A stretch of 64,000 nucleotides of DNA from Patescibacteria group bacterium. GTDB taxonomy: Bacteria; Patescibacteriota; Microgenomatia; UBA8517. Of the stretch, positions 47,829 to 58,158 are shown one piece after another (within the stretch, counting starts at the first letter, position 1; each line of letters begins with the position of its first letter). Position numbers and translations under genes: made by a program. The notes under the pieces are model-generated. The model saw only the letters and a program-made list of their open reading frames with translations. It had not been told where the DNA came from and ran no database searches. The stretch is taken from contig JBBTZT010000003.1 in assembly GCA_038061225.1 (NCBI GenBank), positions 113,092 to 177,091 of the forward strand, read 5' to 3'.

Positions 47829-48554
47829 ATGAACTTAAAAAACAAAGTTGTGGTTGTAACTGGGGCTACAGGTGGTATTGGCAGGGAGTTGGTTAAAAGA
47901 TTAGATATTGAGGGTGTCACGCAAATACTGGTTTCAAAAATCGAGAGTGAACTTCAGAATCAGTTGAGACCATTAAACAATAAAAATAGTGTTTACTTTG
48001 TTGCTGATCTGTCTGATCAAGATGATACTATGAAGGTTGCAGATAAAATATCAAAAAAATATTCAAAGATTGATGTTTTAATAAATGCTGCTGGAATTGG
48101 AATTTATAAACCACTTGAAGAATTAAGTCTAGAAGAATGGAATAAATCGATGAATATTAATCTAAATGCAACGTTCATCATGATAAAAGAATTAATTTCT
48201 AATCTTAATAACTCAAGTGAATCAATTGTATTGAGTCTAGGTTCTGGCATGGGGGTTTTTCCTGAACCACAAAGATCTGCATATTGTACTTCAAAATTTG
48301 CACTTCGTGGTTTGATGTTAACACTAGCAGAAGAGTATAAAAGATTTAAGAAGCCTGAGTTTTGTTTACTTACCCTAGGTAGTACCTTAACTAGTTTTGG
48401 ATCGATGAGTTTTGAAGAAAAAAAGAGAGATATGGAAAATGGTAAAGGATATCTAACTCCTGAATGGGTAGGTCAAAAAATAGTGGAACTTTTAAAACTT
48501 GAAAGTAGAGAAGTTGAATATGAGTTTTCCTCCCCAGATTACAATAGGGTATAA
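47829..48554 (+). CDS. SDR-family oxidoreductase
   Basis: TGATGGIGRE cofactor motif; YCTSK catalytic YxxxK. Confidence 0.75.
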   Translation: MNLKNKVVVVTGATGGIGRELVKRLDIEGVTQILVSKIESELQNQLRPLNNKNSVYFVADLSDQDDTMKVADKISKKYSKIDVLINAAGIGIYKPLEELSLEEWNKSMNINLNATFIMIKELISNLNNSSESIVLSLGSGMGVFPEPQRSAYCTSKFALRGLMLTLAEEYKRFKKPEFCLLTLGSTLTSFGSMSFEEKKRDMENGKGYLTPEWVGQKIVELLKLESREVEYEFSSPDYNRV

Positions 48555-48643
48555 TTATCCCATATAAAAAAGAAATCTCCCCGCCAGGTTGAAGTACGAA
48601 AACTTCGGCCGAGAGATTATCTTAATGTGTATAATAACATAAT

Positions 48644-49804
48644 ATGTCAAATAAATCAACGAGATTCAACGATAAAGCTATGAATGAACAAGCTTCGCTT
48701 ATGAAAATTGCACTAGTAAGTGGGGCTTCAAGTAAACTTGATTCGGTTCGTGGGATTGGAGCCAATAATCAAGGACTTTTTGATGCTTTAAGAAAGGCAT
48801 CTAATAAAAAAGTTGATCTTGAGGGTTTAACCAGAAATAGCGATTTTTCAAAATTTGATATAGTTCATTTTACTGCCTTTAGACCATTTTTTATTTCACT
48901 TCCATTTACAAAGCCTAAAAATACTAAATTTATATTAACAGTTCATGATTTAATTCCACTTATTTATCCAAAATACTATCAAGCTGGTATAAAAGGAAGA
49001 ATTAAATTTTTGATAAATAAAATACTGATAAAGTTATATGTTGATGCGATAATAACAATTTCGGAGACTTCGAAAAAAGACATTTGTAGATTTTTAGGAG
49101 TTAAATCTGAGATAGTAAATGTCATATATATTGCACCCAAAAAAGCTATTCAAAAATTAAAAACAGAAAATTGGGAGAAAGAAATAAAAGAAAAATACAA
49201 ATTACCTAATAAATTTGTTTTATTTGATCATGGTATTAATTATAATAAAAATTTAACAACCTTATTGAAAGCCTGCAATATTACTAATACAAAAGTGGTG
49301 GTTATCGGGAAAGAAGCCACCGAAGTTGAAGGATATAAAAGTGATTTAAAAAATTTGAAAGGCCCGCAAGATTGGTTACGTTTTATTCTTGGTATACCTC
49401 ACCCACAACTTGCACATTTAAATGAACTTTCAAAATTGATTGGAAACAAAAATATAATACGAGTTGGTTATGTTAGTGATGAGGACTTAAATAAATTATT
49501 TAACCTTGCCACGGTTTGTATCCAACCTTCTTTTTATGAAGGTTTTGGTATGCCACCACTTGAGGCTATGACAGTTGGCTGTCCTGTAATTTGTAGTAAA
49601 ACTCAGGCACTAGTTGAAGTTTGTGAAGATGCATGTTTGTATTTTGATCCATACGGTGTTGATGATTTAGTAGAAAAAATAAACAAATTTATGATTAGTG
49701 CTGAAACCAGAAATGAGTATATTAAAAAAGGTTTTGAACAAGTTAAAAAATATTCTTGGGACAAGAATGCAAAAGAAACAATAGAAATATATGCAAAAGC
49801 GTAA
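48644..49804 (+). CDS. GT4 family glycosyltransferase
   Basis: EGFGMPPLEAMTVGCPVI E-x7-E motif. Confidence 0.7.
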   Translation: MSNKSTRFNDKAMNEQASLMKIALVSGASSKLDSVRGIGANNQGLFDALRKASNKKVDLEGLTRNSDFSKFDIVHFTAFRPFFISLPFTKPKNTKFILTVHDLIPLIYPKYYQAGIKGRIKFLINKILIKLYVDAIITISETSKKDICRFLGVKSEIVNVIYIAPKKAIQKLKTENWEKEIKEKYKLPNKFVLFDHGINYNKNLTTLLKACNITNTKVVVIGKEATEVEGYKSDLKNLKGPQDWLRFILGIPHPQLAHLNELSKLIGNKNIIRVGYVSDEDLNKLFNLATVCIQPSFYEGFGMPPLEAMTVGCPVICSKTQALVEVCEDACLYFDPYGVDDLVEKINKFMISAETRNEYIKKGFEQVKKYSWDKNAKETIEIYAKA

Positions 49805-50930
49805 TTTTTGGTTTATCTTAAAAAGCTTCGTTATTTGGAGAATAGCAATAACTTTAATAGCAATTTTATCTATTAGATACTTACCATTATTTAGTCAGAA
49901 TTTTTTTGGTGGAAAATATATTAACTACATAACAAATCCATTATTTTGGGGTTGGGCTAATTTTGATGGGGAACATTATCTATCAATTGCGATATATGGA
50001 TATAAAAATTTGCAACAATTTTACTTTCCTTTGTATCCATTTTTAATTGATTTATTTTCAAATATTTTAGGAAAAAGTCTAGTAAACTATTTATGGTCAG
50101 GGATTTTAGTATCAAATATCAGTTTGTTTCTAGCACTTTTGGGTTTTTATAAATTGGCTCTTCTTGATTATTCAGAAAAAATATCAAAGTTAGCTGTTGT
50201 TTTACTTTTATTATTTCCAACATCTTTTTATTTTGGAGCAGTTTATACAGAAAGTTTATTTTTATGTCTTGTTGTTTGGTCGTTTTATTTTTTTAGAAAA
50301 CAAAAATATTTTTTAGCATCAATTTTAGGAGTATTAATATCTGCAACTCGTGTTGTAGGAATTATTTTATTACCAGTATTTTTAGGTCATTTTATTTTAA
50401 CTAAAAAAACAATAAAGAAAGAATTATTGTCTCTTTTGTTAATGCCATCAGGATTATTGGGATTTATGTATTACTCATATCTTAATTGGGGAGGATTCTT
50501 AAATTTTTTTAAGACCGCTACTCTTTTTGGAGAACAAAGATCTAAAACATTGATAATCTTACCTCAAGTTTTTTATCGTTATATTGTAAAAATAATACCA
50601 GATCTTTCTTGGGACTATTTCCCAATAGTTTTTACCGTTTTACTTGAGTTTTTTGTAGCTTCTTTATTCATATGTTTACTTATGTTCTCATTCAAAAAAA
50701 TACGTTGGGATTACTGGTTATTTGCAACTCTTGGATATTTAATTCCTACTTTGTCTGGTAGTTTTTCGTCTCTTCCTAGATATGTGCTTATTTTATTTCC
50801 ATTATTTTTATTTGCTTCTCAAAAATTAATAAACACAAAAAAACCTTTGCTTATTGGGATTTTTGTTATTTTGGCTATAATGCTTGTTATTGCAGAGTCA
50901 TTTTTTATTAGAGGTTATTTTGTATCATGA
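49791..50930 (+). CDS. PIG-V/GT76-like membrane mannosyltransferase candidate (paralog of 11418..12569)
   Basis: WANFDGEHYLSIAIYGY, FPLYPFLI; about 10 TMs. Confidence 0.4.
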   Translation: MQKRNFWFILKSFVIWRIAITLIAILSIRYLPLFSQNFFGGKYINYITNPLFWGWANFDGEHYLSIAIYGYKNLQQFYFPLYPFLIDLFSNILGKSLVNYLWSGILVSNISLFLALLGFYKLALLDYSEKISKLAVVLLLLFPTSFYFGAVYTESLFLCLVVWSFYFFRKQKYFLASILGVLISATRVVGIILLPVFLGHFILTKKTIKKELLSLLLMPSGLLGFMYYSYLNWGGFLNFFKTATLFGEQRSKTLIILPQVFYRYIVKIIPDLSWDYFPIVFTVLLEFFVASLFICLLMFSFKKIRWDYWLFATLGYLIPTLSGSFSSLPRYVLILFPLFLFASQKLINTKKPLLIGIFVILAIMLVIAESFFIRGYFVS

Positions 50931-50931
50931 T

Positions 50932-51741
50932 ATGAAAATATTAATTACAGGATCAAAGGGGTTTGTTGGTAAACATTTAGTAAAGAGTTTAGGAAAAAAA
51001 TATGAAATTGTTGAATATGATTTAAAAATTGGTAGAGATATATTTAATGAAAAATTATTAGAAAAACATCTTAATAAAATTGAAGTTGTAATTCATCTTG
51101 CAGCTTTTATATCAGGAATTGAATCTTGGGAGAAACCTGAAGAATATTTGTTAAATAATGGTATAGGTACTTATAAAGTAATTAAAGCATCAATTAAAAA
51201 AGGGGTTAGAAAAATCATAATCTTTTCATCTGCAGCGGTTTATGGAGATCCATTGACACCTTATGGGGCATCAAAAATTTTTGCAGAAACAATTTCTAAA
51301 TGTTATAAGAATCAAATTGAAATAGTAATTGTAAGACCATTTAATATTTATGGTGTAGGTCAAAATTCTGCATATGGATATGTTATACACAATTTTGCAG
51401 AAAGAATTAGAAAAAAAAGACAAATTGAGATATTTGGAACAGGTAATCAAACTCGCGATTTTATTTATATTAATGACGTAATTAATACTGTTGAAAAATT
51501 AATAAACATTAAATCTTTAGAGCAAGCTATAGATTTGGGTACAGGGGAAAGTATTAAAATTGTGAAACTGGGAAAGCTTTTAGGTAAAGTTTTAAATATA
51601 AAATATAAGACAATTTATTCTGATGCACGGAACGAATTATTTGAAAGTGTAGCTAATACAAAAGCCTTACAAGATATTGGAATTGATGCATCAAAATTTA
51701 CAAAACTTGAAATCGGATTAAAAAAAACACTATTAAAATAA
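50932..51741 (+). CDS. NAD-dependent epimerase/dehydratase family protein (short form)
   Basis: MKILITGSKGFVGKHL Rossmann motif; YGASK catalytic motif. Confidence 0.65.
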   Translation: MKILITGSKGFVGKHLVKSLGKKYEIVEYDLKIGRDIFNEKLLEKHLNKIEVVIHLAAFISGIESWEKPEEYLLNNGIGTYKVIKASIKKGVRKIIIFSSAAVYGDPLTPYGASKIFAETISKCYKNQIEIVIVRPFNIYGVGQNSAYGYVIHNFAERIRKKRQIEIFGTGNQTRDFIYINDVINTVEKLINIKSLEQAIDLGTGESIKIVKLGKLLGKVLNIKYKTIYSDARNELFESVANTKALQDIGIDASKFTKLEIGLKKTLLK

Positions 51742-52998
51742 ATGAAAAGATTAAAAAAAGTAATATCTCACCCATTGTTTTTTGGTGGTGTTGTGATGGT
51801 GGGTGGAAGTATGGTTATAAATGTTATTAATTATTTCTATCATCTGATTGTTGGACGTCTACTTGGACCAATTAATTATGGTACTTTAGCAAGTCTTTTT
51901 TCGATTTTGTATATTGTTGGAATAGTACCGACATCTACATCTGTGGCAATAGTAAAATTTATATCTTCTTGTAAAAGTCACAATGAAATCTCTTTAGTTT
52001 ATAAATCAATAAATAAATTAATATTTGTTATTGCCCTGATTCTTGCAGGACTACTGGTGGTTAGTTCTCCTTTTATTGCTAATTTTTTGCGTATTGATAA
52101 TATATTTTTAGTAGTGTTAATTGCCCCGATTATATTTTTTTCGCTAACAACTTTAGTTAATCAGGCAACATCTCAAGGTCTATTAAGATTTTCTGGCTAT
52201 ATATTACCAGGCTTTGTTTCGTCAATTGGAAAATTGGTGTTCGGTATATTATTTATATTATTAGGCTTTTCTGTTTTTGGTGCGATGGGGGGGATCGTTT
52301 TGGGAGCAATTTTTGCTTATTTAATATCTATTCCATCAGTAAATAAAATAGCAAATAGAAAAATATATAGATATAGTAAAATATACGATCTCAAAGATTT
52401 TTTAAAATATTCATTTCCAGTTTTGATTCAATCACTTGCATTTACTTCAATATTTACACTAGATGTTATTTTAGTAAAACATTTTCTTTCTCCTTATGAT
52501 GCAGGGATTTATGCAGCGCTTTCGACACTAGGTAAAATAATCTTTTTCGCGTCTGCTCCTGTAGCTTCTGCAATGTTTCCAATAGTAGTAAAAAGAAAGG
52601 TAAACAATAAAGGTTATGTAAAAATATTTATAGTTTCTCTAATTATTACTTCTGCAATTGGTGTTACAGTTACATTAATATATTGGCTATTTCCGGATTT
52701 AATTATTAGAACACTTTATGGTAATGATTATTTATCAGCAAAATCTGAACTAGTATTTATGGGAATTTTTGTACTTTTCTATTCTTTGTCGAATTTTTTA
52801 CTAAACTTTTTACTTTCAGTTTCTAAAACAATAGTTGTAGTTATTCCATTAGTAGCAGCAATTGTCCAACCTATTTTAATATATGTATATCATAAAAACA
52901 TATCAGAAATAATTAAAGTTTCAATGTTCACAACTATTGTTATGTTTTTATCAATATCTTTGTTTTTGGGGTATAATTTTGCAAGACGAAAAATATGA
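51742..52998 (+). CDS. Wzx/MOP-type oligosaccharide flippase
   Basis: 12-14 TMs; GxxxNxxxN-type N-terminus. Confidence 0.55.
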   Translation: MKRLKKVISHPLFFGGVVMVGGSMVINVINYFYHLIVGRLLGPINYGTLASLFSILYIVGIVPTSTSVAIVKFISSCKSHNEISLVYKSINKLIFVIALILAGLLVVSSPFIANFLRIDNIFLVVLIAPIIFFSLTTLVNQATSQGLLRFSGYILPGFVSSIGKLVFGILFILLGFSVFGAMGGIVLGAIFAYLISIPSVNKIANRKIYRYSKIYDLKDFLKYSFPVLIQSLAFTSIFTLDVILVKHFLSPYDAGIYAALSTLGKIIFFASAPVASAMFPIVVKRKVNNKGYVKIFIVSLIITSAIGVTVTLIYWLFPDLIIRTLYGNDYLSAKSELVFMGIFVLFYSLSNFLLNFLLSVSKTIVVVIPLVAAIVQPILIYVYHKNISEIIKVSMFTTIVMFLSISLFLGYNFARRKI

Positions 52999-53741
52999 TA
53001 AACAAAAGTAAGAAATATTTGTCGATAATAGTACCTGCTTATAAACAGGAAAAAACTATTAAAAAAGATTTGAAAAATATCGAATCAGTAATGAGTAAGG
53101 GACTAGGAACATCATATGATTATGAAATAATCTGTGTTGTTGATGGTAAAGTTGATGGAACTCTGAAAGAGGCCTTAAAGATTAAATCAAGTAATATAAA
53201 AATGTACGGATACAATCAAAACAAAGGTAAAGGCTATGCTGTGAGATATGGAATGAGTAAAGCAAAAGGAGATTTAATTTCCTTTTTAGATTCGGGAATG
53301 GATATAAGTCCTAAAAGTATGATGATGCTTATGGCTCATATGGATTGGTATGATGCTGATATAATTGTGGGTAGTAAAAGGCATCCTGTTTCTCAGGTTA
53401 ATTACCCATTTATACGAAAGGTTTTAAGTTTGGGTTACTATTTTGGGGTAAAACTTCTTTTTGGTTTAAAACTTACTGACACACAAAGTGGAATAAAACT
53501 TTTTAAAAGAAAAGTGGTAGAAAAAATTGTTCCAAAACTTTTAGTTAAAACATATGCTATGGATATAGAAATGTTAGTTGTAGCGAAACATTTTGGATTT
53601 ACTAGAATTTATGAAGCTCCTATTGAGGTTGTGTTTAATAAAGAAACAAGTAGAATTAAGTGGAAAACAGTTTTTTGGATGCTTTGGGATACATTAGCTG
53701 TTTTTTATCGATTAAGAATCCTTCATTACTATGATTTTTAA
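52995..53741 (+). CDS. GT2 polyprenyl-phosphate glycosyltransferase (Dpm1/GtrB-like)
   Basis: LSIIVPAYKQEKTI...VVDGKVDGT...FLDSGMD...QSGIKLF. Confidence 0.65.
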   Translation: MINKSKKYLSIIVPAYKQEKTIKKDLKNIESVMSKGLGTSYDYEIICVVDGKVDGTLKEALKIKSSNIKMYGYNQNKGKGYAVRYGMSKAKGDLISFLDSGMDISPKSMMMLMAHMDWYDADIIVGSKRHPVSQVNYPFIRKVLSLGYYFGVKLLFGLKLTDTQSGIKLFKRKVVEKIVPKLLVKTYAMDIEMLVVAKHFGFTRIYEAPIEVVFNKETSRIKWKTVFWMLWDTLAVFYRLRILHYYDF

Positions 53742-55581
53742 AAAAATTATAATTCTTCTTATTATTTTTTTCTGTTCAGTAAAAACAGTGTCAGCATCCG
53801 ATAATAAATTTATTACTATAGTAAATCCTGTGAGAATTTCAAGATACACAACAACTTCATCTGAAAGTTTAAAAAGTGAATACAAAGCAGTAAAGAAATA
53901 TGGTTTTCCTGCAACATGGCTACTTACCTATGATGCTTTAAATAATAAAGATATTATTGATGAAATAAGAAAAATGGATACAAATCAAGAATTTGGCATT
54001 TTTTTAGAAGTAACCAAAACTTTTGCGTCTGAATCTGGAGTAGGATATCACGATAGTGGTTTTTGGCACCATGCAAGTGCTGTATTTCTTTCAGGATATA
54101 CACAAGAGGAACGGATAATACTAATAGATAAAGTTTTTGACAAATTCAAGCAAGAATTTGGGGCATATCCAAAATCGATTGGTTCTTGGTGGACAGATGG
54201 ATATTCTCTTTCATATATAAAAGATAAATATGGAGTAGTTGCAAATCTTGTTTGTTCTGATCAATTTTCAACTGATGGTTACCAACTTTGGGGTCAACCT
54301 TGGCAAATGCCATATTATCCGATTAAAAGCTACCCTGCAGTTCCTGCCTCAAATCTTCAGAATAAGTTAGATTTAGTAAATATTCAGTGGGCTTCAAGAG
54401 ATCCTTTAAATGGTTACGATAGTAGTCTTTATAGTACACAGGATTATTTAGTTGCTGAAAATAATTTAGATATAAATTATTTTAATAAACTATTAGATTT
54501 ATATTTAAACACAAATAATTTAAGTCAAATAACAGTAGGTCTTGAAGCTGATCTTGACCCAGTAGGTTACGCTGGAGAATTTACAAAACAAATAGAAATG
54601 GTTAAAGAATATTTAAACAAAGGCATAAATGTAGTAACGATGTCTGAGTTTTATGATAAATATAAAGAAAAATACCCCAACATCTCACCCAGTACTCAAA
54701 TAAAGTCAAAGGATTTATTAGGAAAAGATGTGGAAGCAGTTTGGTATAATAGTCCTTTTTATAGATTACATTACACTAAAAATATTGTTAACAATATTAT
54801 TCAGATAAAAGACATTAGAACTTACGGCAAAAATTTAATTGATCCCTATTTTGCATCACCCAATTATGAATTTAATTTATCTATAAATATTCCATCGATA
54901 ATAGATACTGTACAAAACCCAGAAGATGTTTGGATATTGCCTAAAGATTCAGAAATCATAACAAATGATAATAGTTTCATTATTAAAGGAAAGAATATAA
55001 AAATTCCAAAAAAAATTAAAAATGATCCACTAATTAATTTAAAAATAAATAAAAACGAAATAGAAGTTTCCTTTAAAACAATAGCCTTTAATAATATTGA
55101 AGGAGAAATTGTACAAGGGTTTACGTCTGAAGCGATACATTTTTTTAAAGCAAAAAAATCTATCCTCAAACTTATTACAGGTGTTGGATGGGATTATTTC
55201 AAAAAAATAGATTATCTAATCCCACAAGGCGAGATTTATGCACTTTCATATTTAAAATCTTTGCCACGGGGTAAGGTAATGGTGTTTGATAATGAGTGCT
55301 TACAGTGTTCTTGGCATACAAAAAATAAACCAATTGTTTTTGCCAATTTAAGAAGTTATGTTAAAAAATATTCTAAACATTCAATTGTGTACAACTCATC
55401 AGTCTTTAAGGCAAAGACAATTGAAGAAGCTCAAAAAGAATTTAAAAAAGTAAACGCAAAATATGTTTATCTGGTAAAATTTGAGCAGTATAAAGAAAAA
55501 CTTCCATTTTCACCAGGAGATTTGGGGATAGAAAAAATATATTCCAATGCAAATGCAGAGATTTGGGAGGTTAGTGATTGA
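53731..55581 (+). CDS. Secreted 616-aa protein of unknown function (signal peptide; possible carbohydrate-active domain)
   Basis: N-terminal signal peptide IILLIIFFCSVKTVSASD; Trp/Tyr-rich soluble domain. Confidence 0.45.
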   Translation: MIFKKIIILLIIFFCSVKTVSASDNKFITIVNPVRISRYTTTSSESLKSEYKAVKKYGFPATWLLTYDALNNKDIIDEIRKMDTNQEFGIFLEVTKTFASESGVGYHDSGFWHHASAVFLSGYTQEERIILIDKVFDKFKQEFGAYPKSIGSWWTDGYSLSYIKDKYGVVANLVCSDQFSTDGYQLWGQPWQMPYYPIKSYPAVPASNLQNKLDLVNIQWASRDPLNGYDSSLYSTQDYLVAENNLDINYFNKLLDLYLNTNNLSQITVGLEADLDPVGYAGEFTKQIEMVKEYLNKGINVVTMSEFYDKYKEKYPNISPSTQIKSKDLLGKDVEAVWYNSPFYRLHYTKNIVNNIIQIKDIRTYGKNLIDPYFASPNYEFNLSINIPSIIDTVQNPEDVWILPKDSEIITNDNSFIIKGKNIKIPKKIKNDPLINLKINKNEIEVSFKTIAFNNIEGEIVQGFTSEAIHFFKAKKSILKLITGVGWDYFKKIDYLIPQGEIYALSYLKSLPRGKVMVFDNECLQCSWHTKNKPIVFANLRSYVKKYSKHSIVYNSSVFKAKTIEEAQKEFKKVNAKYVYLVKFEQYKEKLPFSPGDLGIEKIYSNANAEIWEVSD

Positions 55582-55619
55582 TGTAAGATATAGGATGGAT
55601 GATGTAGGATATAAGAAGT

Positions 55620-55982
55620 ATGGAAAATAAAAACAGTTTTGAAAAACTTGATGCATGGAAGGAAGCACATAAACTTGTAATTGCAATTTACAAAGTAACT
55701 AAAAAGTTTCCAAATGAGGAAAAGTTTAGACTTATAGATCAGATTTGTAGATCAGTCTCGTCAGTAGCGGCTAATATAGTTGAGGGTAATTCAAGGCAGT
55801 ATAGAAAAGAATTTCTGCAATTTTTATATCTATCTAAGGGATCATTGGAAGAAACGAAATACCACTTATTGCTTGCTAGGGACTTGACGTATATCACTTC
55901 CAAAGAATATGGTAACTTTATAGATCAATGTAATTTAGTTGGTAGACTTATTGCTGGTTTGGTTAAATATCTTAGATCTTAG
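55620..55982 (+). CDS. Four-helix-bundle protein (TIGR02436; formerly '23S rRNA intervening-sequence protein')
   Basis: FEKLDAWKEAHKLVIAIYKVTKKFPNEEKFRLIDQICRSVSSVAANIVEGNSRQ...SKGSLEETKYHLLLARDL. Confidence 0.8.
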   Translation: MENKNSFEKLDAWKEAHKLVIAIYKVTKKFPNEEKFRLIDQICRSVSSVAANIVEGNSRQYRKEFLQFLYLSKGSLEETKYHLLLARDLTYITSKEYGNFIDQCNLVGRLIAGLVKYLRS

Positions 55983-56008
55983 ATCTTATATCATACATCT
56001 TAAATCAT

Positions 56009-57124
56009 ATGAACATATTAGTTTTTTCATGGCGTGATCCGAAACATCCCTTAGCAGGTGGGGCAGAGCAGTCTATGCATGAGCATATGAAAGGATGGGT
56101 TAAAGAAGGTCATTTCGTGACTTTATTTTCATCTCTCATCAAAGATTCTAAACAAATAGAATACCTAGATGGAATAAAAATTGTTAGAAATGGTAATCAA
56201 TATTTAGGAGTTCAGATCAAGGCGTTTTTTTACTATCTTAAAAATAAAAATAATTTTGACTTTGTAGTTGATCAATTTCATGGAATTCCATTTTTTACGC
56301 CACTTTATGTTACAAAACCAAAACTTGCAGTACTACAAGAAGTTGCTAAGGAAGTTTGGTTTAAAAATCCACTCAAATTTCCAATAAATTTTATAATTGG
56401 GTTTATTGGTTATATAACTGAACCGATAATATTTCTTTTTTACAAAAAAACACATTTTATGGTTGGTTCAAATTCAGCCAAAGAAGATTTAATTAAATTT
56501 GGTATAAAAGAAAAAAACATTACTGTTGTTCCACACGGTGTAATTTTACCTAAAAAGATACCTGAACATAAATTAACAAATCCCAAAATGATTACTTATT
56601 TTGGTCCACTAACTGCAGACAAAGGAATAATGGATGCAATCAAAACTTTTAATATTCTAAACAAAAAAGGGAATTATAGTTTTTGCATAATAGGTAGACC
56701 AGAAACTGATAGATATTACAAAAAAGTAATGCAAAAAGTAAGAAAATTTGATCTTAATTCAAAAATAGAATTCTGGAAACGACCAACCGATGAAGAAAAG
56801 TTTGAAATTCTTTCAAAGTCGTATCTACTAATTAATCCATCAATAAGAGAAGGTTGGGGTTTGGTCAACATTGAGGCAAATGCAGTTGGCACTCCTGTTA
56901 TAGCTTATCCATCACAAGGACTTATTGACTCAGTGAGCGATAACCTAAGCGGTGTTCTAACAAAAAACAGTACTCCAGAAGATTTAGCCATGGAAATTGA
57001 AAAATTAGTAAAAGATAAAGCAAAATATCAAAGATTATCAATTGGTGCAAAAAAATGGGCGAGTAGGTTTAGTTGGCAAAAATCAAGAAAAGAAAGCTTA
57101 AAATTAATAAACAGTTTGATATAA
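56009..57124 (+). CDS. GT4 family glycosyltransferase
   Basis: EGWGLVNIEANAVGTPVIA. Confidence 0.7.
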   Translation: MNILVFSWRDPKHPLAGGAEQSMHEHMKGWVKEGHFVTLFSSLIKDSKQIEYLDGIKIVRNGNQYLGVQIKAFFYYLKNKNNFDFVVDQFHGIPFFTPLYVTKPKLAVLQEVAKEVWFKNPLKFPINFIIGFIGYITEPIIFLFYKKTHFMVGSNSAKEDLIKFGIKEKNITVVPHGVILPKKIPEHKLTNPKMITYFGPLTADKGIMDAIKTFNILNKKGNYSFCIIGRPETDRYYKKVMQKVRKFDLNSKIEFWKRPTDEEKFEILSKSYLLINPSIREGWGLVNIEANAVGTPVIAYPSQGLIDSVSDNLSGVLTKNSTPEDLAMEIEKLVKDKAKYQRLSIGAKKWASRFSWQKSRKESLKLINSLI

Positions 57125-57132
57125 TCAAATTT

Positions 57133-58116
57133 ATGAAAGATTTTTATAAAAACAAAAATATTCTCGTAACTGGAGGTGCTGGTTTTATAGGTAGTACTTT
57201 AGTTAGAAAATTAGTTAGCTTTGGCGCTAATGTTAAAATAATAGACACTTTTTTTGATGACCAAGGCGGTAATGAGTTTAATTTAAAAGGATTGGAAAAG
57301 GATATAAAAATTTTTAGAGGTGACACAAGAAACATTAAAGACCTTGAAAAGATTTTACCCAATAGCGAAATTATATTTAATATGGCAGGGACTTTAAGTC
57401 ATGTGGACAGTATGAACAATCCGTGGAGAGATTTAGAAATAAACACCATCTCACAAATTAACATTCTTGAATATTGTAGGAAAAAATTACCGGAAACAAA
57501 AATCCTTTTTGCTGGTACTAGGAATCAATATGGGCGTGCACAATATCTACCGGTTGATGAAAAACATCCAATGATACCAACAGATACTAACGGGATTAAT
57601 AAACACGCAGGAGAACAATATCATCTACTTTATTATCGAGATTTTGGATTAAAATCATGTTCCATTAGAATATCGAATACATATGGTCCAAGGCATCAAA
57701 TGAAGCATCCTAGGCAAGGTGTACTTAACTGGTTTATTAGACAATTGATAGATGATCAAACTGTTGAATTACATGGTACTGGTAATCAAATACGAGATAT
57801 CAATTATGTTGATGACGTTGTAGATTCTTTTCTTTTGTCCGGAAAATCAAATAAAGTGTGGGGCAATGCATACAATATTGGCGGTAATCCGATTTCACTA
57901 AAAGATTTTGTTAAAAAGGCAATACAAATTTTAGAAAGAGGAAAATATAAAATCATTGAAATGCCACAAGAAAGAAAGAAAGTCGAAATAGGTGATTTTG
58001 TGGCTGATTATTCTAAAATAACTCATGATATTAGATGGAAGCCAAAAGTATCTTTAGAAAAAGGTCTTAAAAAAACATTTGACTTTTATCTTAGAAACAA
58101 AAAATATTATTGGTGA
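57133..58116 (+). CDS. NAD-dependent nucleotide-sugar epimerase/dehydratase (UDP-glucuronate decarboxylase / 4,6-dehydratase-like)
   Basis: ILVTGGAGFIGS; IIDTFFDDQGGN resembles the UXS-type second motif; YxxxK present. Confidence 0.6.
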   Translation: MKDFYKNKNILVTGGAGFIGSTLVRKLVSFGANVKIIDTFFDDQGGNEFNLKGLEKDIKIFRGDTRNIKDLEKILPNSEIIFNMAGTLSHVDSMNNPWRDLEINTISQINILEYCRKKLPETKILFAGTRNQYGRAQYLPVDEKHPMIPTDTNGINKHAGEQYHLLYYRDFGLKSCSIRISNTYGPRHQMKHPRQGVLNWFIRQLIDDQTVELHGTGNQIRDINYVDDVVDSFLLSGKSNKVWGNAYNIGGNPISLKDFVKKAIQILERGKYKIIEMPQERKKVEIGDFVADYSKITHDIRWKPKVSLEKGLKKTFDFYLRNKKYYW

Positions 58117-58158
58117 TACTAGAATTATTGAACTTAAACTGTTATTATTTCTCCATAA

